Origin: a virus
DNA: 64,000 nt
IMG/VR virus record: IMGVR_UViG_3300006925_000008
Coordinates: 1-64,000 of that record
Direction: 5' to 3' (one strand)
The notes below the pieces were generated by a model that saw only the letters and a list, made by a program, of their open reading frames with translations, was not told the origin of the DNA and searched no databases. Made by a program: the position numbers and the translations under genes. Positions 1 through 9,731 of the stretch are shown in pieces. Every line of letters begins with the position of its first letter. Positions within the stretch are counted from its first letter, which is position 1.

Positions 1-945
1 CTTGACAAGTATGTCCCAAAGGTCGGTGACGAATGGGCCTTCAGGAGAAAGGTGGAGAAGGACATCGAAGCGTCATTTCATGTTCAACCGCCAAACCAGT
101 CAATGACGAACCGTGCGATATTGTATCATCATTATGACCAACTCGATGAAGTAACACACACTGAAGTGATCAGATGTGAAACCAAGAGAGCAAAGCAGGA
201 ATTGAAAGACGGTGAATGGGTTGAAACAGAACCCGCTGAATACAGACCAGCATTGATTGTATATTTCCCATGCCCTAAGTGTGAAGGTGGCAAAGCGGAG
301 GGATACTCCACCGTGAAGAGTAAGCAAACGATGAACAAGCGTAAAGTTGGTTTCGATGCTGATGTCGGGACTATCGGCAAATGGTCGAAAACACCCATGA
401 CTGTTGGTATTGTTCAATGGCCAAAGGATGATGATGGCAATAACATAGTCAAGTTTGACTCAAGGTTTCACCACCATGACTGTATGGTCTGTGGTAAACC
501 ACACATCAAGTCGGGTCTAGTGCCAGTCATGGCCACAGACGATGAGAAGGACTGGCATGGCATGTGGGTCGGTCAGGACTGTGCAAAGAAGTTTATGGGA
601 TTCATGAAGTTTACAGTGCCTGCGGATGCATGTAAGAAGTGTAATGGCCCTAAATCAAAAGGGATGCTGTTCAAAGAAGTCAGACCAACACCTTCTGTTA
701 TTGAGGACAATGACCTGTCTCAAGAGGAGGTAACTGACCAACTCCATGTAGTGTGGGGCTGTGCCACCTGTGGCAATGAAGGGACACATGAGGAGATGGT
801 GATCGAGTATGACATGGAGACCTATGTCGGCAATGGCCATAAAGTTGAGACTGTCAACTCCAAGGATGTTGGCGAGAAAATCCGCTGGGTCGGATTAGAC
901 GGGTCCCTTGAATTGAACCCGCAGGAGAGAGTTACACCTGAATGA
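1..945 (+). CDS. Multi-CxxC zinc-binding protein, 5'-truncated
   Basis: Frame is open from base 1. Motifs CPKC, CMVC, GQDC, CKKC, CATC. Confidence 0.7.
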   Translation, partial: LDKYVPKVGDEWAFRRKVEKDIEASFHVQPPNQSMTNRAILYHHYDQLDEVTHTEVIRCETKRAKQELKDGEWVETEPAEYRPALIVYFPCPKCEGGKAEGYSTVKSKQTMNKRKVGFDADVGTIGKWSKTPMTVGIVQWPKDDDGNNIVKFDSRFHHHDCMVCGKPHIKSGLVPVMATDDEKDWHGMWVGQDCAKKFMGFMKFTVPADACKKCNGPKSKGMLFKEVRPTPSVIEDNDLSQEEVTDQLHVVWGCATCGNEGTHEEMVIEYDMETYVGNGHKVETVNSKDVGEKIRWVGLDGSLELNPQERVTPE

Positions 946-956
946 GCCTTGATATA
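943..956 (+). promoter_or_regulatory. Repeated promoter motif TGAGCC-TTGATATA (BRE/TATA-like)
   Basis: Same motif recurs at gene boundaries at 2120, 9696 and 13521. Confidence 0.65.
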
Positions 957-978
957 GGGCTTGTTTAATGGATGAATC

Positions 979-1056
979 GCAGGCGGGGTCAATCAATACC
1001 TGTGGGGGTTTGGTTGTAGGCTTTGTATGTTGGCCTTCACCATCCCCGCCTGCACC
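979..1056 (+). ncRNA. Putative structured small RNA (tRNA-sized, not a canonical tRNA)
   Basis: GCAGGCGGGG (979-988) pairs perfectly with CCCCGCCTGC (1044-1053) and is followed by ACC. Two internal hairpins are possible. Starts 30 nt after the TATA-like box. Confidence 0.5.
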
Positions 1057-1079
1057 TTGAGAATGAAGAGATGATAATT

Positions 1080-1562
1080 ATGGCAGAATATGTTGAGATA
1101 GAAATTGAAGAGATGGACCTTTTCCTAGGCGAAGAGGGTTTTGAAAGAATTGAACCTGACGCAGTGGGACACCCGTGCAAAGAAGCGGTGTATGAACGCA
1201 GTTACGATGATTCAGGGTGTCGCATCCGAATCTATTCGTCTGTGGACATTCGCAATTCAGCAGGTCGCAAAGCAGGTTCAGACGCAATACGAGTCGTGCT
1301 GGTTGACCCTGAAGGATACCCTTGGAATAAATCATTCAAGCGTGTGCATCGGGTGGTGAATTGGCGTAACAACTTGTTACAGCGAATCAACCCAGTGATC
1401 GATGAGTATTGGAAATACCCATGGCAAGCACCTAGGGAATGCCCTAAGTGTCAAGGAGGAATACTCCGAACCCGCTGGGGCAAAAAAGGCCCATTCATGG
1501 GCTGTTCAAACTACAACCCAACGGTGCGTGACTCATGTCGTAACACCGAGGCGGTCCAATGA
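1080..1562 (+). CDS. Protein with C-terminal topoisomerase-type C4 zinc ribbon
   Basis: CPKC-GG-L-R-GKKGPFMGCSNY...C. ATG 1080 preferred over TTG 1023. Confidence 0.75.
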   Translation: MAEYVEIEIEEMDLFLGEEGFERIEPDAVGHPCKEAVYERSYDDSGCRIRIYSSVDIRNSAGRKAGSDAIRVVLVDPEGYPWNKSFKRVHRVVNWRNNLLQRINPVIDEYWKYPWQAPRECPKCQGGILRTRWGKKGPFMGCSNYNPTVRDSCRNTEAVQ

Positions 1563-2116
1563 ATATATTCATCCTGCATGTAGTAGCGAGGATATGCGCT
1601 AGAATGCACTGCGATGTTCATGTGGTCAAACAGATACTAGAGGCGGCTCAAATGATGGTCGCCGCTTTGGTTGCCAATGGTCATGACCCTGCTGATATGC
1701 CTCTCTCCTCTAGCGGGAGACCATACGGAGTTACGCATAAGAATCATCCATGCACATTATGGGCGGGAGAGTCCAATGCTAACTTCAGGTGGCTAGGCAG
1801 GTTTGGCTTGGCATTAGGGGAGGAGTTTCTGTATAGGAAACGAAGTGCTGACAATAAGCACCCTCTATCAGCCATCGATAAGCCACATCGATGCGTCGAA
1901 GTGATAGAGCAACTGATCGCAATGCACGAAGCAAAGCCGTTTACCGATAAGACTGACGAGATGACTCCATTCAAGCAATGTATGCCTGATGAGTTTAGAA
2001 GCGAGGATACAGTCCTATCCTATCGTGAGTATTACAAGTCAAAAGTGTTCAAGAATACCATATCAGGAAGGCCTGAATGGAACGGCTTACGGCCCGCTCC
2101 TGAATGGTGGTCCTGA
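1559..2116 (+). CDS. Pyrimidine-dimer DNA glycosylase / T4 endonuclease V (DenV)-like family protein
   Basis: MNIF..., HCDxHVVKQILEAAQM, THKNHPCTLW, F.QCMPD, YREYY motifs typical of this family. Confidence 0.75.
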   Translation: MNIFILHVVARICARMHCDVHVVKQILEAAQMMVAALVANGHDPADMPLSSSGRPYGVTHKNHPCTLWAGESNANFRWLGRFGLALGEEFLYRKRSADNKHPLSAIDKPHRCVEVIEQLIAMHEAKPFTDKTDEMTPFKQCMPDEFRSEDTVLSYREYYKSKVFKNTISGRPEWNGLRPAPEWWS

Positions 2117-2119
2117 TAG

Positions 2120-2133
2120 TGAGCCTTGAAATG
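2120..2133 (+). promoter_or_regulatory. Promoter motif TGAGCC-TTGAAATG upstream of thermosome
   Basis: ATG 2156 lies 30 nt from the first T of the TATA-like box. Confidence 0.65.
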
Positions 2134-2155
2134 CTAGACCTCCTTCGGAGGGGTT

Positions 2156-3799
2156 ATGATGCCCAACGGACAACAGCCGATATTCATAATGCCTGAAGGA
2201 ACAGACCGCACAAGAGGAAAGACGGCACAGGGTAACAATATCGCCGCCGCTAAAGCGGTTGCTGACGCAGTGAAATCAACACTAGGGCCTAAAGGAATGG
2301 ACAAGATGCTAGTCAATGGACTAGGCGATGTCCTCATTACCAATGATGGTGCTACAATCCTGCGTGAAATCAATGTCGAACATCCAGCGGCCAAGATGGT
2401 CATTGAAGTTTCAAAGACTCAAGAAGCACAGTGCTTCGACGGGACTACATCAGCCGTTGTTCTCGCAGGTGCTTTACTCAAGGAGAGCGAAGCACTGATC
2501 GAAAAGAATGTGCATCCGACTGTTATCGCATCAGGATACCGTCTCGCATCGTCTAAAGCATTGGAAACTCTTGAGAAGTGCGTGCTTGACGAAAGACAAC
2601 TGTCCAAGGTCGGTAAAGACCTAGGAGCCATTGCTAAGGTCTGTGCTGAAACAGCATTGACTGGCAAGTTTACTGATACTCACGAAGGAGTCAAGGATGT
2701 CATGTCAGGCATTGCGGGCGATGCCGTCAACAGATTGTCTGACGGGATAAACCCCCCAAACTTAGACGACATCAATGTGATATGTGCAACAGGTGGTTCA
2801 GTTGAAGACTCATACCTGATGGATGGAATTGTCCTAGAGAAGGAAAAGGCTCACAACGGAATGCCAACAGCAGTTGACGGAGCCTCGCTTGCATTGGTTG
2901 ACTTTGCTATTGAAGTTAAGAAAACTGAAGTCGATGCGAGAATCCAAATTACAAGTCCTGATCAAATGCAAGACTTCCTCGACCAAGAAGAAACAGCCCT
3001 GCGAAACATGGTGAAGAAGTTTCAGGATGCCGGAGCAAATGTGGTTCTATGTCAAAAGAAGATTGATGACCTAGCCCTGCATTACATGGCTAAGGCTGGC
3101 ATCATGGCATTACAGTCATGTCGAAAGTCCGAGTTGTCATCAGTCGCAAAGGCGACAGGTGCTGTTGTTATCAGTGACCTTGATGACTTAGTTGATGCTG
3201 ACCTTGGTTCCGCTGGACATGTGATTGAAGAACGAATTGGTGAGAACCTGATGGTTCGTATCGGTGGCGTGTCTGAAGTTGATTCAAGGGCGGTCACAGT
3301 CATCCTGCGTGGTGCAACCACCCATGTCGTTGAAGAGATTGAAAGAGCCTTCGATGATGCGCTTGGAGTAGTGTCTCTAGTCATCAACACCTCACAGATT
3401 GTCGTGGGCGGCGGATGCACATTTGCGGCAATGGCGAAGAACCTGCGTGAATATGCCAGCACTGTTGCTGGTCGAAAGCAGATGGCTATCGAAGCATATG
3501 CCAAGGCACTTGAAGAGATTCCTTCGACCATTGCTGAAAACGCAGGCATGGACCCAGTTGATTCGATCATCGCTTTGAGAGCGGCACACGCTAACAGCGC
3601 ATACACCCACGGAATCCTCGTTACAGATGAGGAGACCGACCTTCTAGTTGACAACCTCCTCCACTATGGAGTGGTTGAACCATTGAGCGTAGTCAAGCAG
3701 GCCTTGATTAGCGCAACTGAAACCTCGACCATGATTCTCCGCATCGATGATGTAATTCAAATGCGTCAAGCGGGGCCTCAAGGCTCACCTATGATGTGA
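2156..3799 (+). CDS. ths: Thermosome subunit (group II chaperonin)
   Basis: [22 protein letters not shown], (F)[25 protein letters not shown]. Confidence 0.97.
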   Translation: MMPNGQQPIFIMPEGTDRTRGKTAQGNNIAAAKAVADAVKSTLGPKGMDKMLVNGLGDVLITNDGATILREINVEHPAAKMVIEVSKTQEAQCFDGTTSAVVLAGALLKESEALIEKNVHPTVIASGYRLASSKALETLEKCVLDERQLSKVGKDLGAIAKVCAETALTGKFTDTHEGVKDVMSGIAGDAVNRLSDGINPPNLDDINVICATGGSVEDSYLMDGIVLEKEKAHNGMPTAVDGASLALVDFAIEVKKTEVDARIQITSPDQMQDFLDQEETALRNMVKKFQDAGANVVLCQKKIDDLALHYMAKAGIMALQSCRKSELSSVAKATGAVVISDLDDLVDADLGSAGHVIEERIGENLMVRIGGVSEVDSRAVTVILRGATTHVVEEIERAFDDALGVVSLVINTSQIVVGGGCTFAAMAKNLREYASTVAGRKQMAIEAYAKALEEIPSTIAENAGMDPVDSIIALRAAHANSAYTHGILVTDEETDLLVDNLLHYGVVEPLSVVKQALISATETSTMILRIDDVIQMRQAGPQGSPMM

Positions 3800-4032
3800 T
3801 GGTTATGCCTGTCCACGGCGATTTCACATACGATAGAAGTTGGGTTGAGATTGAGGACATGCTGGATAGAGCCGAGAAGGTTCAGAACCAACATGCGACG
3901 GCTATATCCGACAAGACAATGAACAAAAAGAGGCGAATGCATCACGCTCGCAACTTCAAAGCGTTGGAGGGTGTGGTCAAGACACTTCGTTGGGTGCTGG
4001 GGGACAAAGACATCGAACACCCCTTGGAATGA
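3796..4032 (+). CDS. Small helical hypothetical protein
   Basis: Overlaps the thermosome stop. Protein-like C-terminus KALEGVVKTLRWVLGD. Confidence 0.7.
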   Translation: MMVMPVHGDFTYDRSWVEIEDMLDRAEKVQNQHATAISDKTMNKKRRMHHARNFKALEGVVKTLRWVLGDKDIEHPLE

Positions 4033-4085
4033 TCATGAAACTGCACGAGCAACCGAGAACATAGTCCATATGAACCTCATAAATC

Positions 4086-4400
4086 TCACGAGCCAATGCC
4101 GTGCCACCACCTGTCCATGAACGCTTTCTCTCGGAGGTATTGCTCCTCCGTTATCACATCGCCGCAATTCATCTGTATCATTGTCTCCCCCAATGGAGCA
4201 TCGTCCTCCACCTCCGTCGAGGGTGTTGGGACTGGGACCAGTATTTTCCGACTATGATGCTGAATGATTTCAGCGGCTTCAGTTGGCTTCAGGCCACCCA
4301 CCCTCGTGATACCACCTCCTTGGATGGTTACGATCATCTCATTAAACACTAGAAGTGTTCCTTCAGGCTCATCTTGCATATCAATTATTTTTCTTGTCAT
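4086..4400 (-). CDS. Hypothetical protein (lone minus-strand gene in the early arm)
   Basis: ORF 4086..4436. Likely start is ATG 4400, after a GGAGATGA RBS. Confidence 0.55.
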   Translation of the reverse strand: MTRKIIDMQDEPEGTLLVFNEMIVTIQGGGITRVGGLKPTEAAEIIQHHSRKILVPVPTPSTEVEDDAPLGETMIQMNCGDVITEEQYLREKAFMDRWWHGIGS

Positions 4401-4645
4401 AGTTTTCATCTCCATTTGTTTTTTGTTCATGTTCATCTAAAGCGGGGATATTCTGAAAATCGGAAAAAACTCTCAACTTTCCCGAAAACTTTCCGAAGTC
4501 TCACAACCATCATCTTTACTCGATATATCTCAAGAATCGGATTATTTTGTCGAAGACGAACATTATATTGTATCATTACCTGCAACTAGGATGTTGATAT
4601 TACGATTTGAATCTCGGACCTCGTGATTGGAATCTTTGCCAATAG

Positions 4646-4660
4646 TGAGACATTAAATAC
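4646..4660 (+). promoter_or_regulatory. Promoter variant TGAGACA-TTAAATAC
   Basis: TATA-like box preceded by TGAG, upstream of the AAGGTGA RBS and ATG 4707. Confidence 0.5.
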
Positions 4661-4706
4661 CCTGACGGCCTCGTAGGTGTTGTCCCCAAGAGGGATTAAG
4701 GTGAGA

Positions 4707-6389
4707 ATGATGAGTCGAAAGTTGATTAAAGAGAGTGCTGAAGAGATGGATAATATCCCCGCTGAATTGGGTCCTGCGTTGAAAATGCTAGGAACAATCC
4801 TGCAAGAAGAATACATGAGTCGTGATGGGGTTTACCTCAATACAACCGAGCGTAAAGACAACCCCCAGCCTATTGCACTTGTCGATGATACTGTCATCAC
4901 AGTCAGGGTGGGTAACAAGCGCATTACAATGACTCCATCTGATGCTGACAAACCAGCCGTCCTGATACCAGTCGGTATGAGTGACAAAAGAAACACATGC
5001 TCGATCCCTAGAGACTGGGCTACTGGTGTTTGGGTTGATGCATTGATTGAAGCATTCGATGGAGACCCATCAGTAGCATTTGCATTTGCTGAAAGAGTCA
5101 ATACAGCCATTGACCTTGCTATGGTGGTCGATGAAGAGACTGGCAAAAAGTCAGTCAAGCAATCTGACCTCCCGACTCATCGTCATGCTGTTGAAGTGGC
5201 TGAAATCCTTGAGTCGTTGAAGCGACACTTTGAGGGTCAGTCGGCAGGTTCACCAAAGGTCAACATGGACTTCACCATTGAGGAGATTGGTGCAACACCT
5301 GTTGGGCCAACTGCTGAAGAAGTTGAGATGGCTAATGAATTGGCTAAACTACAACGCACCGAGAAGGTCTTGAACACCCTCGTTCCTAATCCCAATGTAA
5401 CACCCACGCAGGAGACCCCTCCTGTGGCACAGGATAATGTCATCCCCGTTGAGGCATCCCATCCCGAAACTACCGACCCTGTGCCTGTTGTATTGGAGGA
5501 GGAAACCACCCCAGTTGTTGAAGTGGAGGACACTGTGGATTCTGAACCTATTCTAGGCGTTACTGGTCATCCTGAACATATTGAACACTTGATCATCGAA
5601 GCAATCAACACTGCTGATGAAGCCAATGATGGACCTGATGGACAGGTCGGCCCCACATGGGGTCAATTGAAGAAGACATTGAGTGACCACACCCTCCGTT
5701 ATGTGGACACGCCTGATGACATCAGGGATGCACGCAGGTGCTTAGACAAACTTGTCAAGCACGGCCTAGTCAACAAAGAGGGCGCACGAAGAAGCACACG
5801 CTATTACCTGACTGGTTCAGGGCTTGAGTTGCTGGTCGGAATGCCATTGCCTGATGTCATCAGTCAAGACCTTGAAGAAGTCTCAATGGCCCCTAGCGGG
5901 GATTCCGCTGTGGCTGTATCACATGAGCCTCATATCAACGCTGAAGCAGGTGGCATGTCCATGTGGACTAATGACCCTGAAGTGGTCCAAGAAGTCAAGG
6001 ACGAATGGGATGCGATCATTGCTGACAGTGAACCTTGGGACGGACATGTCGAGGACACCTTTGCTAACAACCCTATGCCTATGGCTGTTATACCGCACAC
6101 AGGCTGTGCTAACTGTGACAAGCCGCATAAGTTTGTTTACGAAGACCTCCCAGTAGGCCCACGCAGGTTCTGTTCTGAAAAGTGCCTATGTCACTATGCC
6201 GCCCTAGAATACAAAGGCGAAGGGTATTACATCGAGTCATTGCGAAACCAACCGATGGGTCACTTTGAGGCCCCAGTTGATGAGCCAGTGGATGAAGAAC
6301 CCGTTCCTGTGGCTGGTCCCGCCAGCATGGACACTGGGACGGCTGATGACCCTGCTATGGATTACCTTGGACTAGGAGGTGGTTTCTGA
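4707..6389 (+). CDS. Acidic multidomain protein with winged HTH and TRASH/MYM-like Zn finger
   Basis: TWGQLKK...ARRCLDKLVKHGLVNKEGARRSTRYYL (wHTH) and CANC...RFCSEKC, joined by Pro/Glu-rich linkers. Confidence 0.65.
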   Translation: MMSRKLIKESAEEMDNIPAELGPALKMLGTILQEEYMSRDGVYLNTTERKDNPQPIALVDDTVITVRVGNKRITMTPSDADKPAVLIPVGMSDKRNTCSIPRDWATGVWVDALIEAFDGDPSVAFAFAERVNTAIDLAMVVDEETGKKSVKQSDLPTHRHAVEVAEILESLKRHFEGQSAGSPKVNMDFTIEEIGATPVGPTAEEVEMANELAKLQRTEKVLNTLVPNPNVTPTQETPPVAQDNVIPVEASHPETTDPVPVVLEEETTPVVEVEDTVDSEPILGVTGHPEHIEHLIIEAINTADEANDGPDGQVGPTWGQLKKTLSDHTLRYVDTPDDIRDARRCLDKLVKHGLVNKEGARRSTRYYLTGSGLELLVGMPLPDVISQDLEEVSMAPSGDSAVAVSHEPHINAEAGGMSMWTNDPEVVQEVKDEWDAIIADSEPWDGHVEDTFANNPMPMAVIPHTGCANCDKPHKFVYEDLPVGPRRFCSEKCLCHYAALEYKGEGYYIESLRNQPMGHFEAPVDEPVDEEPVPVAGPASMDTGTADDPAMDYLGLGGGF

Positions 6390-6685
6390 TGAAGGACTTC
6401 AAGCCGGTCATTGGCACAGCGGCCTCACGCAACAAGTGGTTGCCAGCACGACTACGCATTGAGCCAAAGTTTGTCCGTCTGACGCAGGTCAATGGACACA
6501 CGGGCATGGTTATCCTTGTTCGGATTTCATCTATCATCTCAATATCACCTATGACATTGGACCCGCTTGAAGGGTCGTTTGTTATGCTCGCTGGCGACCA
6601 ACGCCCAATCAAGGTTTCAGAACCATACGGAATGATCGCTAGTAAACTTGGAATCAAAGCAGTAGTATCTGTGGAGGAGGAGTAA
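6389..6685 (+). CDS. Hypothetical small beta-rich protein
   Basis: GGAGGTGG RBS and coupling to the upstream stop. Confidence 0.6.
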   Translation: MKDFKPVIGTAASRNKWLPARLRIEPKFVRLTQVNGHTGMVILVRISSIISISPMTLDPLEGSFVMLAGDQRPIKVSEPYGMIASKLGIKAVVSVEEE

Positions 6686-6687
6686 TT

Positions 6688-7587
6688 ATGACAGGAATCA
6701 AAGCATGGGTAATCACCCACTATCACGGCGGCATACCAAACGGTTCATCCATCTATCTCAATGAGGCTGATGCTAGAGTTGATTGGGATGAAATGTTTGA
6801 TGCTGAAGACATTGCGAAGTATGAATATGAAGACCATGAAGGCAATCTATTGACGGCTCAATCAGCGTGGGACCACGGATGGTGCGAGATGCATAAAGAA
6901 GAGATGCGAGTCGATGAAACAATCATTGAGGGGACAGGAAAACACCACCGCTCTATTACCGATGCAACTGATGTCATTCATCAGACTGTGCTTGAGGAAT
7001 TATGCCACAGGCTAATCGACTCCATGGACGCTCATGCCGACTGTCGAAAGGAGTTTTCTGACTGGTGCGGTTTTACACCCATTGGTCAAAGAGGACTCAA
7101 GGAACACGAGGCTAGGAGAATCCTAATGCCTGAAGACGGCTCAATAGAAACATGGGACCAATACTACAACCTTGAATACAGACCAAGTGATACTATTCAC
7201 CTTGCTGACTTTGTTCACGCATCAATCGAATTGATTGAAGAAAAGGGAGTAGTTGATTTGGATGATTATGACCAACAGAACCTCCTGCATTACTGTGCTA
7301 TGTGGAACATGGAATGCGGCATCAATGATTTGGATGAGGAGGACTTCATTATCGCACAGAACGCCGCACTTATGTTCTATAAGAGGGGCTGGGCAACTAA
7401 GAAACAGTTGCAGGGCTGGGGTGACTTCATCGCTGAAGAAGAGGTCAAGACAGTGACTATTACAATGCCTGAAGACGCATGGAACATATTGTCTGAAGCA
7501 CTATCCATGGACATGGAGTCTAAGCATATCGACCCTGAAATACGAAATGATATTTACGAAGCAATGGATCAGGTGGTGTTTGAATGA
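6688..7587 (+). CDS. Acidic hypothetical protein
   Basis: GGAGGAGG RBS. 299-aa ORF within the operon. Confidence 0.7.
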   Translation: MTGIKAWVITHYHGGIPNGSSIYLNEADARVDWDEMFDAEDIAKYEYEDHEGNLLTAQSAWDHGWCEMHKEEMRVDETIIEGTGKHHRSITDATDVIHQTVLEELCHRLIDSMDAHADCRKEFSDWCGFTPIGQRGLKEHEARRILMPEDGSIETWDQYYNLEYRPSDTIHLADFVHASIELIEEKGVVDLDDYDQQNLLHYCAMWNMECGINDLDEEDFIIAQNAALMFYKRGWATKKQLQGWGDFIAEEEVKTVTITMPEDAWNILSEALSMDMESKHIDPEIRNDIYEAMDQVVFE

Positions 7588-8015
7588 GGTCTGAATGGAT
7601 TTGGATTTCGGCTGATGACAGCGAGGCTATACTATATCCTATCATGGGGCCTAGACTTGAAGACGGACCTCAACGCATTAGGTGGATGCAGGACATGATT
7701 GGTGGCTACTTTACGCCCTTCATCCCAATCTATCCTATCAAGACTGCCGAATTGTTTTGGATGGGTGTCTTTTCTCACCCACAGTTTACAATCGAAGACA
7801 TCAGCAGGTTTGATGAGAACATTCAGAACCTATGGTGTGATGAAGAAGGAGACCTGAAGCAGTTGCCACTGAACAAGCGAGCGACCACTTTAACCGGCAG
7901 ACCTATTGTTGGCAATATCCTGATTGAATTGACTAATCCTGATTGGGATGAAGAAGCGGAGGGCCTGTGGGTCCAGTCTTCTGATGGCCCAGTCTTCGTG
8001 AAGGAGGAGGAATGA
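7584..8015 (+). CDS. DUF3846-like protein
   Basis: MQDMIGGY...LWCDEEG...LPLNKRAT...IVGNILI pattern. Confidence 0.65.
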   Translation: MRSEWIWISADDSEAILYPIMGPRLEDGPQRIRWMQDMIGGYFTPFIPIYPIKTAELFWMGVFSHPQFTIEDISRFDENIQNLWCDEEGDLKQLPLNKRATTLTGRPIVGNILIELTNPDWDEEAEGLWVQSSDGPVFVKEEE

Positions 8016-8104
8016 TGATGCCCTGCGAATGTGATGAGCCAGTGCCTCGCCATGTCGGATGTCATCCGACCTCCTGCACCAAATGTGAAGAGGTGATCGA
8101 ATGA
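8012..8104 (+). CDS. 30-aa Cys-rich microprotein (not in ORF track)
   Basis: MMMPCECDEPVPRHVGCHPTSCTKCEEVIE. GGAGGAGG RBS and ATGA overlaps at both ends. Confidence 0.6.
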   Translation: MMMPCECDEPVPRHVGCHPTSCTKCEEVIE

Positions 8105-8409
8105 GTGAAGTAAAGGTGGTTCCTATGCCATTCCCGCCATTGGGGAACATCCCCATGAGAATGCTCATAGTTACTGATGAGGACATTGCTAATGCACCGT
8201 CATGTGAAAATTGCATGAAGGTTCGCTTTGACCACCCTGATATGATGGGTGAGCGTAACGACTGGTGTCTTGATTGTAATGATGAGGCACTGAAGGCGGG
8301 GGGCATGGATGATGCTTCGTTTGGCCTATGGGTTCTTGACAATATCAACAAAGGTAAAGTGATTGGAGTCATCCGTAAAGACAGGGGGTCTATCCGTGTC
8401 AAAAACTAG
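8101..8409 (+). CDS. Zinc-finger protein
   Basis: CENC...WCLDC with GAGGTGA RBS. Confidence 0.7.
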   Translation: MSEVKVVPMPFPPLGNIPMRMLIVTDEDIANAPSCENCMKVRFDHPDMMGERNDWCLDCNDEALKAGGMDDASFGLWVLDNINKGKVIGVIRKDRGSIRVKN

Positions 8410-8698
8410 GAGAGGCCGAGGCCCTGCTACAACAGTATGGACCCCACAGAACCGACCAAAGAGTCGTCAGCATTCGTCATTGGTATGGCGTGCCGCTGTA
8501 TCTGTATTGGGCTTCCCACCGTCTTGGATGAGGATGGTCCCAGCAAACAGATATGCGGATACTCCTGATGGGAGGGTGTTATTGAAAACAACTCGCTGGG
8601 AGATTGCACGGTCTGAAAACGATAAACACCCGATCATCATATCAGGTCCGGCAAAAAAAGCCGCTGAAGAATTACTGACAATGGAGGTTTCTCAATGA
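8396..8698 (+). CDS. Basic hypothetical protein
   Basis: GTG 8396 after GGGGG. Stop overlaps the next ATG. Confidence 0.55.
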   Translation: MSKTRRGRGPATTVWTPQNRPKSRQHSSLVWRAAVSVLGFPPSWMRMVPANRYADTPDGRVLLKTTRWEIARSENDKHPIIISGPAKKAAEELLTMEVSQ

Positions 8699-9333
8699 GT
8701 GCGCTAACAATACCAGTTGCCCCAAAAATACCTATCAGTGTCGTATTGAGGCAGTGGTCAGGTGCGGTGTTAATCATCGATGAGAACACTAGAATTGAGG
8801 ATGTCGTTTCTGAAGAAGGGCCTGATTGGATAGAAGTCCCTGAAGAACATTCTTCGATTACATTATGGAATTACAAAGCACCTTTTGCGCTGTTGCCCTA
8901 TATTGACCTCCCATTTGAGGTGTTGAACAAAAGAGGAATGGCTGTTATCACTGCTGATGGCAGGAGAGGGTGGGTGATTTATGACATGGCAGTAAGCCCA
9001 ATGGCATCAACGGCGATTGAACCTGAAGACTGTCCCGACTTCATTGCTAGTTTAGAAGACAATCACTGGGAGGTTATACCAATGAAAGCAAAAGAAGTTG
9101 ATCAGAAAAAGCACTTCGCAAAAAGAACAGATGACGGTTCTTACGACTTTACTGCCGATGTTATTTGGGAGGGCAAAACCTGTGAATGGTGTGGCCACCC
9201 TCAAATGAAAGACCATGAGGGTCCATGTGAAGCATGTGATGCGGAACCACAGGCATATGACGGGGCAGGAGTTGTTAAAATGGACAAATCAATGCCTAGC
9301 ATTCCCGAACATCAAAGAGAGGACTGGGCATGA
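8695..9333 (+). CDS. Hypothetical protein with C-terminal Zn finger
   Basis: CEWCGHP...H...CEAC with GGAGGT RBS. Confidence 0.65.
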   Translation: MSALTIPVAPKIPISVVLRQWSGAVLIIDENTRIEDVVSEEGPDWIEVPEEHSSITLWNYKAPFALLPYIDLPFEVLNKRGMAVITADGRRGWVIYDMAVSPMASTAIEPEDCPDFIASLEDNHWEVIPMKAKEVDQKKHFAKRTDDGSYDFTADVIWEGKTCEWCGHPQMKDHEGPCEACDAEPQAYDGAGVVKMDKSMPSIPEHQREDWA

Positions 9334-9698
9334 GCGAGCCAATAGCGTGGTTGAACCCCCTAAATGATGAAGTCTATTACGAGGGGGACTTGATCCCTCA
9401 ATATGCATTTGATATGTCAGGTGCGCTTGTTTACGGCGAAACCTGCGTGGTCCTCAAAGACCCCGGTTTTACAGGAGTTGTAGTGGTTAAGCATAATGGA
9501 CAGAAAAGAGAAGTTGAATATACTCCTATGATTCCGCAGGAGGAAATCGTTGAATGGGTTTTGCCCGCAATAGAACCTGATGAAAAGGTGTTCTTTGTTG
9601 GACCTGAAAGCCCCGGATGGCGTTGGTTTTATGCCCGCCGTGCCACATTAGCATCGAGGTCCCAGTCCATGTCATCAGGAGAAGACATGGTGGTGTGA
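9330..9698 (+). CDS. Hypothetical protein
   Basis: ATGA-coupled ORF. Confidence 0.6.
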   Translation: MSEPIAWLNPLNDEVYYEGDLIPQYAFDMSGALVYGETCVVLKDPGFTGVVVVKHNGQKREVEYTPMIPQEEIVEWVLPAIEPDEKVFFVGPESPGWRWFYARRATLASRSQSMSSGEDMVV

Positions 9699-9709
9699 GC
9701 CTTGAAAAG
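9696..9709 (+). promoter_or_regulatory. Promoter motif TGAGCC-TTGAAAAG
   Basis: ATG 9732 lies exactly 30 nt from the first T of the box, as at 2126/2156. Confidence 0.65.
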
Positions 9710-9731
9710 GCAGACCCCCTTGGCAGTTACT

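Noticed and set aside
979-1056. Canonical tRNA gene
   Set aside because: The size and ACC end fit, but there is no T-loop, D-arm or 7-nt anticodon loop. Kept only as a putative ncRNA.
1023-1079. TTG start of ORF 1023..1562
   Set aside because: It lies inside the structured RNA. ATG 1080 is more plausible.
2139-2153. Hairpin CCTC-CTTCG-GAGG as a terminator or regulatory RNA
   Set aside because: Only about 4 bp with no U-tract. It is explained by the GGAGG SD sequence.
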